Source: an uncultured virus (IMG/VR IMGVR_UViG_3300022602_000055) (Duplodnaviria > Heunggongvirae > Uroviricota > Caudoviricetes). Taken from it: a DNA stretch of 31,206 nucleotides. Of the stretch, positions 24,589 to 31,206 are shown in pieces. The DNA lies in the IMG/VR virus record IMGVR_UViG_3300022602_000055. One strand, given 5' to 3'. The translations under genes and the position numbers were made by a program. The notes below the pieces were generated by a model that saw nothing but the letters and a program-made list of their open reading frames with translations, had not been told where the DNA came from and searched no databases. Within the stretch, counting starts at the first letter, position 1. Each line of letters starts with the position of its first letter.

Positions 24589-25467
24589 TTAATTAGCGGT
24601 AGCACTAAAAGAGCCTATAGTGTTACCTTGGTTTTGGACTGATGGAACTATAATAATACCATGCTGGTTAGCTGTCGCAGTAGACGTGGCTGAAGATGAG
24701 ATGCTACCAACGCTAGTAGTTTGTGTATTATCGCTATAAGCGGTAGCAGAGATTGATGGGGTTGACCCACTTCCAAGGATTACTTTAATAGAGCTTAAAA
24801 TTGCTGACAAAGTGGAGGATAACAGTACTGACGCTGTTCCCGATACTGACTGCCATAGCTGAATAAAGTAAGCGGCTGTGCTACCTGTGTATGGACCACA
24901 AGTTTGGCAGTTATAGTAGGTGCTCCAACTTGAGCAGCTAGCCGTGTAGTAATTTCCAGTTACTGTATAACCGCAGTTAAAGTGAGTTACAAAGTTTCCG
25001 CTGTACGCGTCATAAACACCGCAGTTGTAGCTTGTGCAACAGCTTACGTAGGTTGAGTATGGAAATGGACCGTTAGTTGTCCAACCCGCGCAGCTGTATG
25101 CTGGGGTGCAGTTACAGGAAGTGTAGTAGGTATAGCTGGTGTCATTCTCAATTCCCGCAACGCCAAACCAGTTATTGGCGTCTTGAACCCAGAAAGATAA
25201 CCCAGTACCTAGTTTTACGTTATTTGCTATTAAAGTTACGCTAGGGCTAGGCATGAGAACCGTAGCTATTGAGTGGTTAGTGGGTGCATCAGCTGTGGTA
25301 GCGACTCCATTAGCAGCTGTCCACGTACCGATAACGGCTCTCCAAGAGGTTCCTGAAGTTGATACGCCTAATCCACCTGTGGTTGCTCTGTTAAAGAGGT
25401 CTGATACAAATTTAACAAGACCTAGATAGTATTTTCTCCACACACCGCTACCAGCAAATAATGGCAT
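24589..25467 (-). CDS. Lectin-like putative receptor-binding protein with 10-Cys insertion
   Basis: SDLFNR..GLG...W....GTW and GLSFWVQDANNW beta-sandwich motifs; Cys/Tyr/Thr/Ser-rich insert aa ~110-200. Confidence 0.7.
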   Translation of the reverse strand: MPLFAGSGVWRKYYLGLVKFVSDLFNRATTGGLGVSTSGTSWRAVIGTWTAANGVATTADAPTNHSIATVLMPSPSVTLIANNVKLGTGLSFWVQDANNWFGVAGIENDTSYTYYTSCNCTPAYSCAGWTTNGPFPYSTYVSCCTSYNCGVYDAYSGNFVTHFNCGYTVTGNYYTASCSSWSTYYNCQTCGPYTGSTAAYFIQLWQSVSGTASVLLSSTLSAILSSIKVILGSGSTPSISATAYSDNTQTTSVGSISSSATSTATANQHGIIIVPSVQNQGNTIGSFSATAN

Positions 25468-25922
25468 TATGCAAACCTCGAAGGACCAGACGCTAAGACC
25501 TTATAAGTAGCATTACCAGTTTTTAAGATTGTAAAGTTATATATATCTATAGAGCTAGCGTTACCTGCAGTAGGGGCTGTTCCGTTAAACCATACGGGAG
25601 TTACCGCTGCTCCATCTATCTGAATAGCAGATAGGTAGTATGCGGTCGCGCCATTAGTGGCGAGAATAACTGCGCTAATAGACTGACCTGAAGAGAGCAT
25701 ACCGTTTAGAGTAGAGTTTGCTCCTCCTACAAAGTTTAAAGTAAAGTTTGCGGTAGAGGCAGTTGTGTAGTAAAAAACGCTTGAAGTAAGCATAGAAACT
25801 GAAGTAACTCCGTTTAGCGGAGAGCTGACTATGCTTGTGTTCTCAATCGGTGAGGAAAAATCTGGCGTAGGAGATGTTGAGCTAATCTGGTTTACATATG
25901 GTCCATAGACCGAAGTTCTCAT
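25467..25922 (-). CDS. Stand-alone fibre adaptor domain
   Basis: Closely similar to C-terminal ~115 aa of 1718..3892 (TSSV.YYTT...ANFTLNF, TNGAT.YY, GTAPTAGNAS.ID.Y). Confidence 0.8.
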   Translation of the reverse strand: MRTSVYGPYVNQISSTSPTPDFSSPIENTSIVSSPLNGVTSVSMLTSSVFYYTTASTANFTLNFVGGANSTLNGMLSSGQSISAVILATNGATAYYLSAIQIDGAAVTPVWFNGTAPTAGNASSIDIYNFTILKTGNATYKVLASGPSRFA

Positions 25923-26260
25923 TATGCGAACTCCACTCCTGAAATCATCACGGTAATGGATGAACCAGAGCCTGCAAATCCCCAGATGTTATCGCCGTTG
26001 TTCATTACCTGCGAAAGTGGGATGGCTATAAAAGAGTTTCCAGCGATAGATACGCCAGGAACCAATGTGTTAGACGCTCCTACAGAGCCTCCAGAAGGGA
26101 CTATGTAAATAGTGGCTGCGATTGGGTTAGCGGTAGTATTTGTTAATACAATTTCCTTAACAATACTGCTAGCTCCTGATGACGGAGTATATAAGCTAGC
26201 TGCAGCTGTAGCACCTAGTTGAACTGGTCCTACTAAACGCTTAGGTGTATATGTTGCCAT
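25922..26260 (-). CDS. Small beta-rich virion adaptor protein
   Basis: MATY start, LYT, TNT, ISG; related to 5890..6240. Confidence 0.7.
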   Translation of the reverse strand: MATYTPKRLVGPVQLGATAAASLYTPSSGASSIVKEIVLTNTTANPIAATIYIVPSGGSVGASNTLVPGVSIAGNSFIAIPLSQVMNNGDNIWGFAGSGSSITVMISGVEFA

Positions 26261-26284
26261 GATGTCCCTTCAGGAGTCTAATGG

Positions 26285-26419
26285 TTAGAGAACTGCTGGG
26301 TTACCAGCAACTTGGCAAGCAGCGCAGGTAAATTGGCTACCTTCATGCTCTGCTGCAAAAGCCTCTGGCACAACAATGTTAGCGGCGCACAAAGCGCAAG
26401 TTGTTTCGAAGTCTGACAT
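26285..26419 (-). CDS. Zn-ribbon/rubredoxin-like microprotein (44 aa)
   Basis: Manually read: GAAAGGA RBS; MSDFETTCALCAANIVVPEAFAAEHEGSQFTCAACQVAGNPAVL. Confidence 0.75.
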   Translation of the reverse strand: MSDFETTCALCAANIVVPEAFAAEHEGSQFTCAACQVAGNPAVL

Positions 26420-26446
26420 GACTTATTCCTTTCGGTTCTAGGTATT

Positions 26447-26482
26447 ACAGTAGAGTAATTGTATATAAATTAACGGCTAAAC
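26447..26482 (-). promoter_or_regulatory. Predicted phage promoter GTTTA-N25-TACTGT
   Basis: GGTTTAGCC box at fixed spacing; heads the adhesin/modification cassette. Confidence 0.7.
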
Positions 26483-26644
26483 CTAGTTTTGACTCTCCCC
26501 GTTCGGACCTTTTCCAGGGTTCTGCCAAGTGCGGATTCTTGGGCGCTCCTGAGTATTTAGGAATAAACGCCTAACCCCAAAGCGAGAATCATTGACGGTA
26601 ACTTGCTCAATCTTAGGTTGTTTAAAGTTATCTTTGCGCTTCAT
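26483..26644 (-). CDS. Small basic hypothetical protein (53 aa)
   Basis: Manually read: AGGTGG RBS, ATGA overlap; MKRKDNFKQPKIEQVTVNDSRFGVRRLFLNTQERPRIRTWQNPGKGPNGESQN. Confidence 0.65.
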   Translation of the reverse strand: MKRKDNFKQPKIEQVTVNDSRFGVRRLFLNTQERPRIRTWQNPGKGPNGESQN

Positions 26645-26829
26645 ACGTTCCACCTGTTCCACTGCAAGGCATTTACATCCTTGCCATCAATTACCTTGCC
26701 ACTTGCAGCAGCACGAGTAATCTCGTCCCTAAATTCTCGGTTACGCTGGTTCGATGAAAGTTGGTTTGAGGGAAGGTCCGCTATTTTTAGAGCGGGTTCT
26801 TTTTGGAGTTGACGCTTTAACTTCGGCAT
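26641..26829 (-). CDS. Hypothetical protein, start uncertain
   Basis: Fills gap and has ATGA coupling downstream, but overlaps upstream gene by 89 nt. Confidence 0.4.
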   Translation of the reverse strand: MPKLKRQLQKEPALKIADLPSNQLSSNQRNREFRDEITRAAASGKVIDGKDVNALQWNRWNV

Positions 26830-27400
26830 TCAAAGGGCTCGCTTTCACCGCTGCTTGAGAAACTTTAGGAAGATTATTAAAGATATTTTCTGCAGGGGCA
26901 GCTATTGGTAAAGGTGCTTCGCTGCGACGGTCAGGGTGCTCTCCACCAGGACCTGGGTTATCAGTAGCTATTGGGGTTTCTGCAGGCTTATCGGCAAAAT
27001 TAAAACTTCCAAGATTAGTTCTTACAGAGCCTAGATGTTGTCCTTGGTCTTTAGCAGTTTTACGAGCTGCCTTCATTACTTCACGGTGAGAAGTGATGCT
27101 GTTCTTTCCCTTTTGTGCCTCTACATCTACGCGACCTTGATTGCGCAGCCCTTCAACCTCTTTATTATGACCGTGCTTAAGAACAGCCATTTGCTGACCG
27201 CGAATGTGTGCGTTGTTAGCGGAGACTTCACCTAGTTGGTGTTGAAAGACAGATAGCTTGGCATGGTTTTCCCAGTCTCTTTTACTGGTCCCGCCCTTGC
27301 CTACTCCAGCTCCTTTTTTAAGACCTTCAACAAAAGCCCCACCACCAGACTGAGAACCACCTGGGAGAGCCGCAAACGGAGACTGATTAGGAGTAGCCAT
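26741..27400 (-). CDS. Low-complexity basic protein, leaderless
   Basis: ATG six nt after CATAAT; Gly/Lys/His-rich. Confidence 0.7.
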   Translation of the reverse strand: MATPNQSPFAALPGGSQSGGGAFVEGLKKGAGVGKGGTSKRDWENHAKLSVFQHQLGEVSANNAHIRGQQMAVLKHGHNKEVEGLRNQGRVDVEAQKGKNSITSHREVMKAARKTAKDQGQHLGSVRTNLGSFNFADKPAETPIATDNPGPGGEHPDRRSEAPLPIAAPAENIFNNLPKVSQAAVKASPLNAEVKASTPKRTRSKNSGPSLKPTFIEPA

Positions 27401-27406
27401 AAACCA

Positions 27407-27442
27407 ATTATGTAGTTTATGGCTGAATATTTAGTGCTAAAC
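27407..27442 (-). promoter_or_regulatory. Predicted leaderless phage promoter GTTTA-N25-CATAAT
   Basis: -10 followed by 6 nt then ATG, which fixes the register of the motif. Confidence 0.75.
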
Positions 27443-27445
27443 GCT

Positions 27446-27553
27446 TCACTCTTCTAAATGCCTATTTTCGCAACTCCTCGCTAGAGAGGGAACAACGTAT
27501 CCTTTGGAACAAATTTCGCATCTCCAAGGGTCTTTCTTAGGCTTTGGAAACAT
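27446..27553 (-). CDS. Zn-finger microprotein (35 aa)
   Basis: Manually read: MFPKPKKDPWRCEICSKGYVVPSLARSCENRHLEE (CxxC...CxxxH). Confidence 0.6.
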   Translation of the reverse strand: MFPKPKKDPWRCEICSKGYVVPSLARSCENRHLEE

Positions 27554-27576
27554 TTTTAGCCTTTACACTTATAGGC

Positions 27577-27684
27577 ATGAATATCGAGGAAGCTATGGCG
27601 GAGATTAACCGCCTCAGATTGCGGATATCTGATTTAGAGATGGCTCTTGACTATGAGCGCTCTAAGGCGATGACTTACAACTAA
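27577..27684 (+). CDS. Leaderless coiled-coil microprotein (35 aa)
   Basis: Manually read: TACACT 7 nt before ATG; MNIEEAMAEINRLRLRISDLEMALDYERSKAMTYN. Confidence 0.6.
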   Translation: MNIEEAMAEINRLRLRISDLEMALDYERSKAMTYN

Positions 27685-27872
27685 GAGATAAAGTTATCTG
27701 GGTCGTAAATACTTACAGCCTGCGCTACAAGTTTTGAGCCGAATTCTCTGGAGTGATGTCCGCAAAACATTAGTTCACCAGTTATTAAGGTGACAATAAC
27801 CCTAGCCTGCGCGTTGCAAGAATCACAACGGTCTGCCACTAGAAGTTCTCTCTGTATTGTCTCTGTATTCAC
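27681..27872 (-). CDS. Small actinobacterial-type Zn-binding protein (DUF7455-like)
   Basis: ADRCDSCNAQA.V......GELMFCGHH. Confidence 0.75.
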   Translation of the reverse strand: MNTETIQRELLVADRCDSCNAQARVIVTLITGELMFCGHHSREFGSKLVAQAVSIYDPDNFIS

Positions 27873-28072
27873 GCTACTCCACTCCCCGCTCCTGTCATTG
27901 ATGCGCCTGCTGCAGCACCAGAACCTGAAATTATTCCCTCATCATTCTGAGGAGTATCTAAAGTTGAATGTATCTGGTACGACGGAGTCGTGTCAACTGA
28001 AGTGCCTCCAAACTTAAGGGCTTGAGGTTGGTTAATAACCGTATTGCTAAGCTGTCTATGGGCATTAGCCAT
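27869..28072 (-). CDS. Hypothetical protein
   Basis: Tightly packed; GTGA overlap downstream. Confidence 0.6.
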   Translation of the reverse strand: MANAHRQLSNTVINQPQALKFGGTSVDTTPSYQIHSTLDTPQNDEGIISGSGAAAGASMTGAGSGVA

Positions 28073-28074
28073 GG

Positions 28075-28371
28075 TTACTTTTCGTTCTCTTTTTTACCAG
28101 CACGACGCTTGTTTTCCTTAGAGATATTATCTTTCTTAGAGATAACTCGTAGGTTTTTAGCAGAGTCGTTGTGCTTATTGTTATCTTTGTGGTCAACTTC
28201 TTGACCTTTCTTCAACTTCTTGCCTGTGCGCTCTTCGTGGTCAACGCGAGCTTTATCTGAAGAGGTTGTGTGCCACTTGCCGTCTTTGCCTTTTTTCTTA
28301 AAGACGTAGATAGGGCGACCACCGTTTTTAGCGGAACCCTTATAGGGTCCAAACTTCTTAGTTTCTGCCAT
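28075..28371 (-). CDS. Small basic HNH-motif protein
   Basis: EVDHKDNNKHNDSAKNLRVIS..DN. Confidence 0.75.
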   Translation of the reverse strand: MAETKKFGPYKGSAKNGGRPIYVFKKKGKDGKWHTTSSDKARVDHEERTGKKLKKGQEVDHKDNNKHNDSAKNLRVISKKDNISKENKRRAGKKENEK

Positions 28372-28673
28372 TATTTTTTACCCTTGTTTCTCTTAGAGAT
28401 TGCAGCAGCTTTTTTCTTAGCGTCAGCTTTTGAAGAAGCTCCCCATGCTTGGAGAGATAGAAGTAAACGTGTTGGCTCACCATTAGGCTTACGCTCAGGT
28501 CCTGGTGCACCACCCATGCGTGCTAGGAATGATGCACGACGTGGATTATCCCCAGATTTAACTGGAGCTTTAAGATTATGCCCTTCAGCTTTAGCTGATG
28601 CGCGACCCTTGGCGTTTAATCCGCCCTTAGGGTTCTTTCCTTCTTTGCGTTCCCACGCGGGTGTTTTAGCCAT
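28371..28673 (-). CDS. Basic protein, DUF6321-like
   Basis: KNPKGGLNAKGRAS...NLKAPV...RRASFLARM...PTR..LSL..W. Confidence 0.75.
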   Translation of the reverse strand: MAKTPAWERKEGKNPKGGLNAKGRASAKAEGHNLKAPVKSGDNPRRASFLARMGGAPGPERKPNGEPTRLLLSLQAWGASSKADAKKKAAAISKRNKGKK

Positions 28674-28905
28674 TTTTCACCTTCACATGTGCTTTTCCTA
28701 CAGGGGCATATTCACTAGGACCATGGGTAGGTATTCCAGCAGCTTCATTCTTAATAGATACTGATTCTTTAGCATCGTTAATAGCTGTGGTGTTACCCTT
28801 ATATTCTTGTCTGCTCCATCCGAGTGCTTTACCCATGTCGCCAAGAACATGTGTTTCATCGCGCTTAATAACGCGGTTCTTATTATGTGCTCTATCTTTC
28901 TTCAC
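28666..28905 (-). CDS. Small basic protein with N-terminal DRAH motif
   Basis: GTG start after AAGGGA; MKKDRAHNKNRVI. Confidence 0.6.
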   Translation of the reverse strand: MKKDRAHNKNRVIKRDETHVLGDMGKALGWSRQEYKGNTTAINDAKESVSIKNEAAGIPTHGPSEYAPVGKAHVKVKNG

Positions 28906-29014
28906 GTTCTAGTTCCCTTACTCTACATACACACGGACAAGCTGCTTCTTCGCACAGACCATAATCCATCCTATGGTCGCACTTTATGCAATACTGTTCT
29001 TCCAAATATGACAT
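28892..29014 (-). CDS. Cys-rich microprotein (40 aa)
   Basis: Manually read: MSYLEEQYCIKCDHRMDYGLCEEAACPCVCRVRELEREER. Confidence 0.55.
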   Translation of the reverse strand: MSYLEEQYCIKCDHRMDYGLCEEAACPCVCRVRELEREER

Positions 29015-29090
29015 CGTTATATATCCAATCTGCTGCATCGTCTATTGTTGGGTAATGCTCTGAGGAACAGCTACCACAGTTCTTACACAT
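28971..29090 (-). CDS. Cys-containing microprotein (39 aa)
   Basis: Manually read, TAATG coupled: MCKNCGSCSSEHYPTIDDAADWIYNDVIFGRTVLHKVRP. Confidence 0.55.
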   Translation of the reverse strand: MCKNCGSCSSEHYPTIDDAADWIYNDVIFGRTVLHKVRP

Positions 29091-29350
29091 TACTTCTTAG
29101 CGTCTTTTCTTGCAGGACCTTTTTTAAGGATATCTGTAGATGCCGAACCAACTTGATACCGCTGATATGCACCGCGTGGTCCAGACATAATTCCAGGATT
29201 AGTTACGCGCTTTTCGGTATTAGGGTTTCTTAGAGGCTTAACCTTTGCAACAGGCTTATTCTTCTTACCAGCCTTTAGCTTTTTAGTTGAGGGTGCGTGC
29301 TCACCAAGTGCGCGTTCTGCACGGGACTTACCTGTAGCTGCGTCACGCAT
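29090..29350 (-). CDS. Lys-rich hypothetical protein
   Basis: Overlap-coupled on both sides. Confidence 0.65.
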   Translation of the reverse strand: MRDAATGKSRAERALGEHAPSTKKLKAGKKNKPVAKVKPLRNPNTEKRVTNPGIMSGPRGAYQRYQVGSASTDILKKGPARKDAKK

Positions 29351-29489
29351 TTGGCTTCTCTTTCTTAGTAGGCTGTTGCTTAACTATACCTTTAAGAATA
29401 GGACCAAAACCAGTGAAGTCTTCTTCACCATCTTGGTGATTAGCAAGACTTACTACGCGCTTAGGGTCGTGCGCTCTATCCTCAGCCAT
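29343..29489 (-). CDS. Small protein with N-terminal DRAH motif (48 aa)
   Basis: Manually read: AGGAG RBS; MAEDRAHDPKRVVSLANHQDGEEDFTGFGPILKGIVKQQPTKKEKPNA. Confidence 0.65.
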   Translation of the reverse strand: MAEDRAHDPKRVVSLANHQDGEEDFTGFGPILKGIVKQQPTKKEKPNA

Positions 29490-29503
29490 ATCTCTATTAT
29501 CTC

Positions 29504-29734
29504 CTAATTATCTTCAGAAAAACTTCTTAGATACGTCACATATGACTCAGATAGCAAAATCATCATTTTAATAAATATTTTTTTATGGTGTAACTCAAAA
29601 TGCTTTTTCCACGCTACAGGGCTATGTAGCGTGGTAGTAGCACAACCATTATTTATATCTGCCCAGATAATTCTGGCGCAATCTCCAGTGGAGTCATCTC
29701 TGTCCTGCTGGTCTAAAATCCAAGATAGGTACAC
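29504..29734 (-). CDS. YozE/SAM-like small helical protein, leaderless
   Basis: WILDQQDRDD.TGD.AR.I..D pattern; TACCTT 7 nt before GTG start. Confidence 0.55.
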   Translation of the reverse strand: MYLSWILDQQDRDDSTGDCARIIWADINNGCATTTLHSPVAWKKHFELHHKKIFIKMMILLSESYVTYLRSFSEDN

Positions 29735-29739
29735 GAGGA

Positions 29740-29991
29740 TTAAGGTAGCAAGTTACCTGGGTTCTTTTCATGGTAATCAGCAATTTGCTTTTCAGTCTTT
29801 TCAATCTCAACCTCGATAGCATCCCTCTCCTCTTCAGAGAGCTGTTCTTTATCGCGCTCATAGATTTCCTTAGCCTGCTTAAAATTATGCTCAAAAACAG
29901 CGAATTGGAGAGCTCTACGCTCTGCTACAAAGGCTTCAGTCTCTTTCTGGCGTTCCATAATCTTTAGCTGCCTCTTGGATGGCTCGGTCAT
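29740..29991 (-). CDS. Acidic coiled-coil hypothetical protein
   Basis: GAAGGA RBS. Confidence 0.65.
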   Translation of the reverse strand: MTEPSKRQLKIMERQKETEAFVAERRALQFAVFEHNFKQAKEIYERDKEQLSEEERDAIEVEIEKTEKQIADYHEKNPGNLLP

Positions 29992-30427
29992 TTAGTATTT
30001 CCTTCTTTCTCTCTTTTATTCGGTCTTGTGTTCGCATTCTATGACAGTTAGCACAGACTACATCACATTTAGCAATCTCTTCTTTTATCTCTTCTAGCGT
30101 CTTGGTTTTTACTGCCATAGAGATGTTGAAGGACTTTTCTCCCCTAACATGGTCAAAATCCATAGCATAAGAGGGGAAACGATGACCGCAATCGGTGCAA
30201 GGAATATCTTTGACTGAAGCTACATAATCTTTTTTCATATTCCTAATCTTCCTATTACTAGCTCGTATCCTAATTAGTTCAATAAAATTACCGTCATAGA
30301 CGCTCTTCTGATACTCAGAGTTACACTTCTTACACATAGATTGAGGTTCGGTAGTTCCCCTGCGTTTTCTAATGTTGTACTCAGAAATATGTTTTGCCTG
30401 CTCACATTGAGGGCAAATCTTAAACAT
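29936..30427 (-). CDS. HNH endonuclease with N-terminal Zn finger (possible homing endonuclease)
   Basis: CPQC...CKKC; CTDCG...MDFDH...EIAKCDVVCANCHRMRT. Confidence 0.88.
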   Translation of the reverse strand: MFKICPQCEQAKHISEYNIRKRRGTTEPQSMCKKCNSEYQKSVYDGNFIELIRIRASNRKIRNMKKDYVASVKDIPCTDCGHRFPSYAMDFDHVRGEKSFNISMAVKTKTLEEIKEEIAKCDVVCANCHRMRTQDRIKERKKEILNDRAIQEAAKDYGTPERD

Positions 30428-30608
30428 GGTCCTCCCACACCTGCTGAGGAGTTGACTTATAGTTACTGCGACTGAAGTGAAAGAAACCGCAGTTTGCGCA
30501 TTTATAAATATACAGTTTTACTCCAGCATGGCGAAGACGCCTAATGCGCTTCGCCTCTGCGTTTGTAGCAAACCGTAGCTTATTGTGACATCCTGCGACA
30601 GTGGTCAC
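30420..30608 (-). CDS. Small Zn-finger protein
   Basis: C..K.RF.T..EA...YKCANCGFFH. Confidence 0.7.
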   Translation of the reverse strand: MTTVAGCHNKLRFATNAEAKRIRRLRHAGVKLYIYKCANCGFFHFSRSNYKSTPQQVWEDHV

Positions 30609-31063
30609 TTCACCTCCCTCAAAGTGTGGTAGTCGCAGGTCTTGTTAATTTTTTGATAGTTTAGATATATTTCATCTAACTTGACATTCTCCATGCCAGG
30701 AAGTCGCTCATTACAAGCACACACTTCTCTGTATCGGCGCTCTAGACGCTTAACCTCATCTTTGGCATTTCTTAACTCAGATAGAATCTCATAAGATTCT
30801 TTACTCATATCACTCTCCCGTATTAGATTTTTTACATTCCCTGCACCGACATGATGATGTGGCGCATGGACATTCTCTTTAGCCCAATCTAGGTAATAGA
30901 GAACAAATTCACCAATATCTAGGGGGTTCTCTACTGACTCTTCCTCTATGTACTCGAAGAGGTCATCGTCCACTACTACAGCAGGTAACTCGGGGGCAAG
31001 CCCAAACTCCTTCATACTCTCAGGAAACTCGTAGGTATCTAAAGGGGTTTTTAACTCATTCAT
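30605..31063 (-). CDS. Hypothetical protein
   Basis: Overlap-coupled; C-terminal CAC...CDYH. Confidence 0.65.
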   Translation of the reverse strand: MNELKTPLDTYEFPESMKEFGLAPELPAVVVDDDLFEYIEEESVENPLDIGEFVLYYLDWAKENVHAPHHHVGAGNVKNLIRESDMSKESYEILSELRNAKDEVKRLERRYREVCACNERLPGMENVKLDEIYLNYQKINKTCDYHTLREVK

Positions 31064-31206
31064 ATTCTTCTTCCTCTACTAACTCTTCTCCTGGGACAAA
31101 TATGATACGGGGAAGTTGACCCACATCTTTAGTTGCTTCAGCCCAGATAGCAGTCTTTTGTAGGTGTTCTCTATCTTGTGGGTAAAGGTCTTTTAACAAC
31201 TCTTTC
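31056..31206 (-). CDS. Hypothetical protein, partial (3' end)
   Basis: Open frame ...KELLKDLYPQDREHLQKTAIWAEATKDVGQLPRIIFVPGEELVEEEEYE*. Confidence 0.55.
   Translation of the reverse strand, partial: KELLKDLYPQDREHLQKTAIWAEATKDVGQLPRIIFVPGEELVEEEEYE

Noticed and set aside
24868..25140. Cys/Tyr/Ser/Thr/Asn-rich insert as a diversity-generating retroelement target
   Set aside because: No reverse transcriptase or template repeat seen in the window; the insert contains Trp and Gln and is internal. Cannot be excluded outside the window
28270..28764. 164-aa plus-strand ORF
   Set aside because: Antisense to recognisable DUF6321-like and HNH-motif genes
1..31206. tRNA, rRNA, integrase, tape measure or tail sheath genes; recoded stop codons
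   Set aside because: None recognised; genes pack tightly under the standard code using all three stops, so tail morphology and lifestyle cannot be determined here

Overview
This window is a fragment of a tailed dsDNA phage genome. The host is very likely an actinobacterium, given the whiB gene, an actinobacterial-type lytic transglycosylase, a PASTA domain, a small actinobacterial-type Zn protein and leaderless TANNNT promoters. The moderate GC suggests a low-GC freshwater lineage (inference). Almost all genes are on the minus strand. Read right to left they are: small basic, Zn-finger and HNH genes (26.5-31.2 kb); an adhesin-plus-modification cassette with a Cys-rich lectin-like protein and a GlcNAc-type glycosyltransferase (22.1-26.4 kb); a Ser/Thr-rich PASTA protein; a divergent SLT-whiB island; a lysis cluster; terL, portal, scaffold, major capsid and neck genes; and two collagen-like (Gly-X-Gln) fibre cassettes. 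Main non-obvious signals: (1) a GTTTA-N25-NANNNT promoter with identical spacing at eight intergenic sites; (2) a ~67-nt two-hairpin RNA with an anti-Shine-Dalgarno loop upstream of terL; (3) a 16-nt leader element shared by the capsid and lysis operons; (4) three fibre cassettes built from shared paralogous adaptors, one with a 10-Cys knob and its own candidate modifying enzymes. Several small ORFs missed by the ORF track were read manually. Family names come from motif recognition only; no searches were run.
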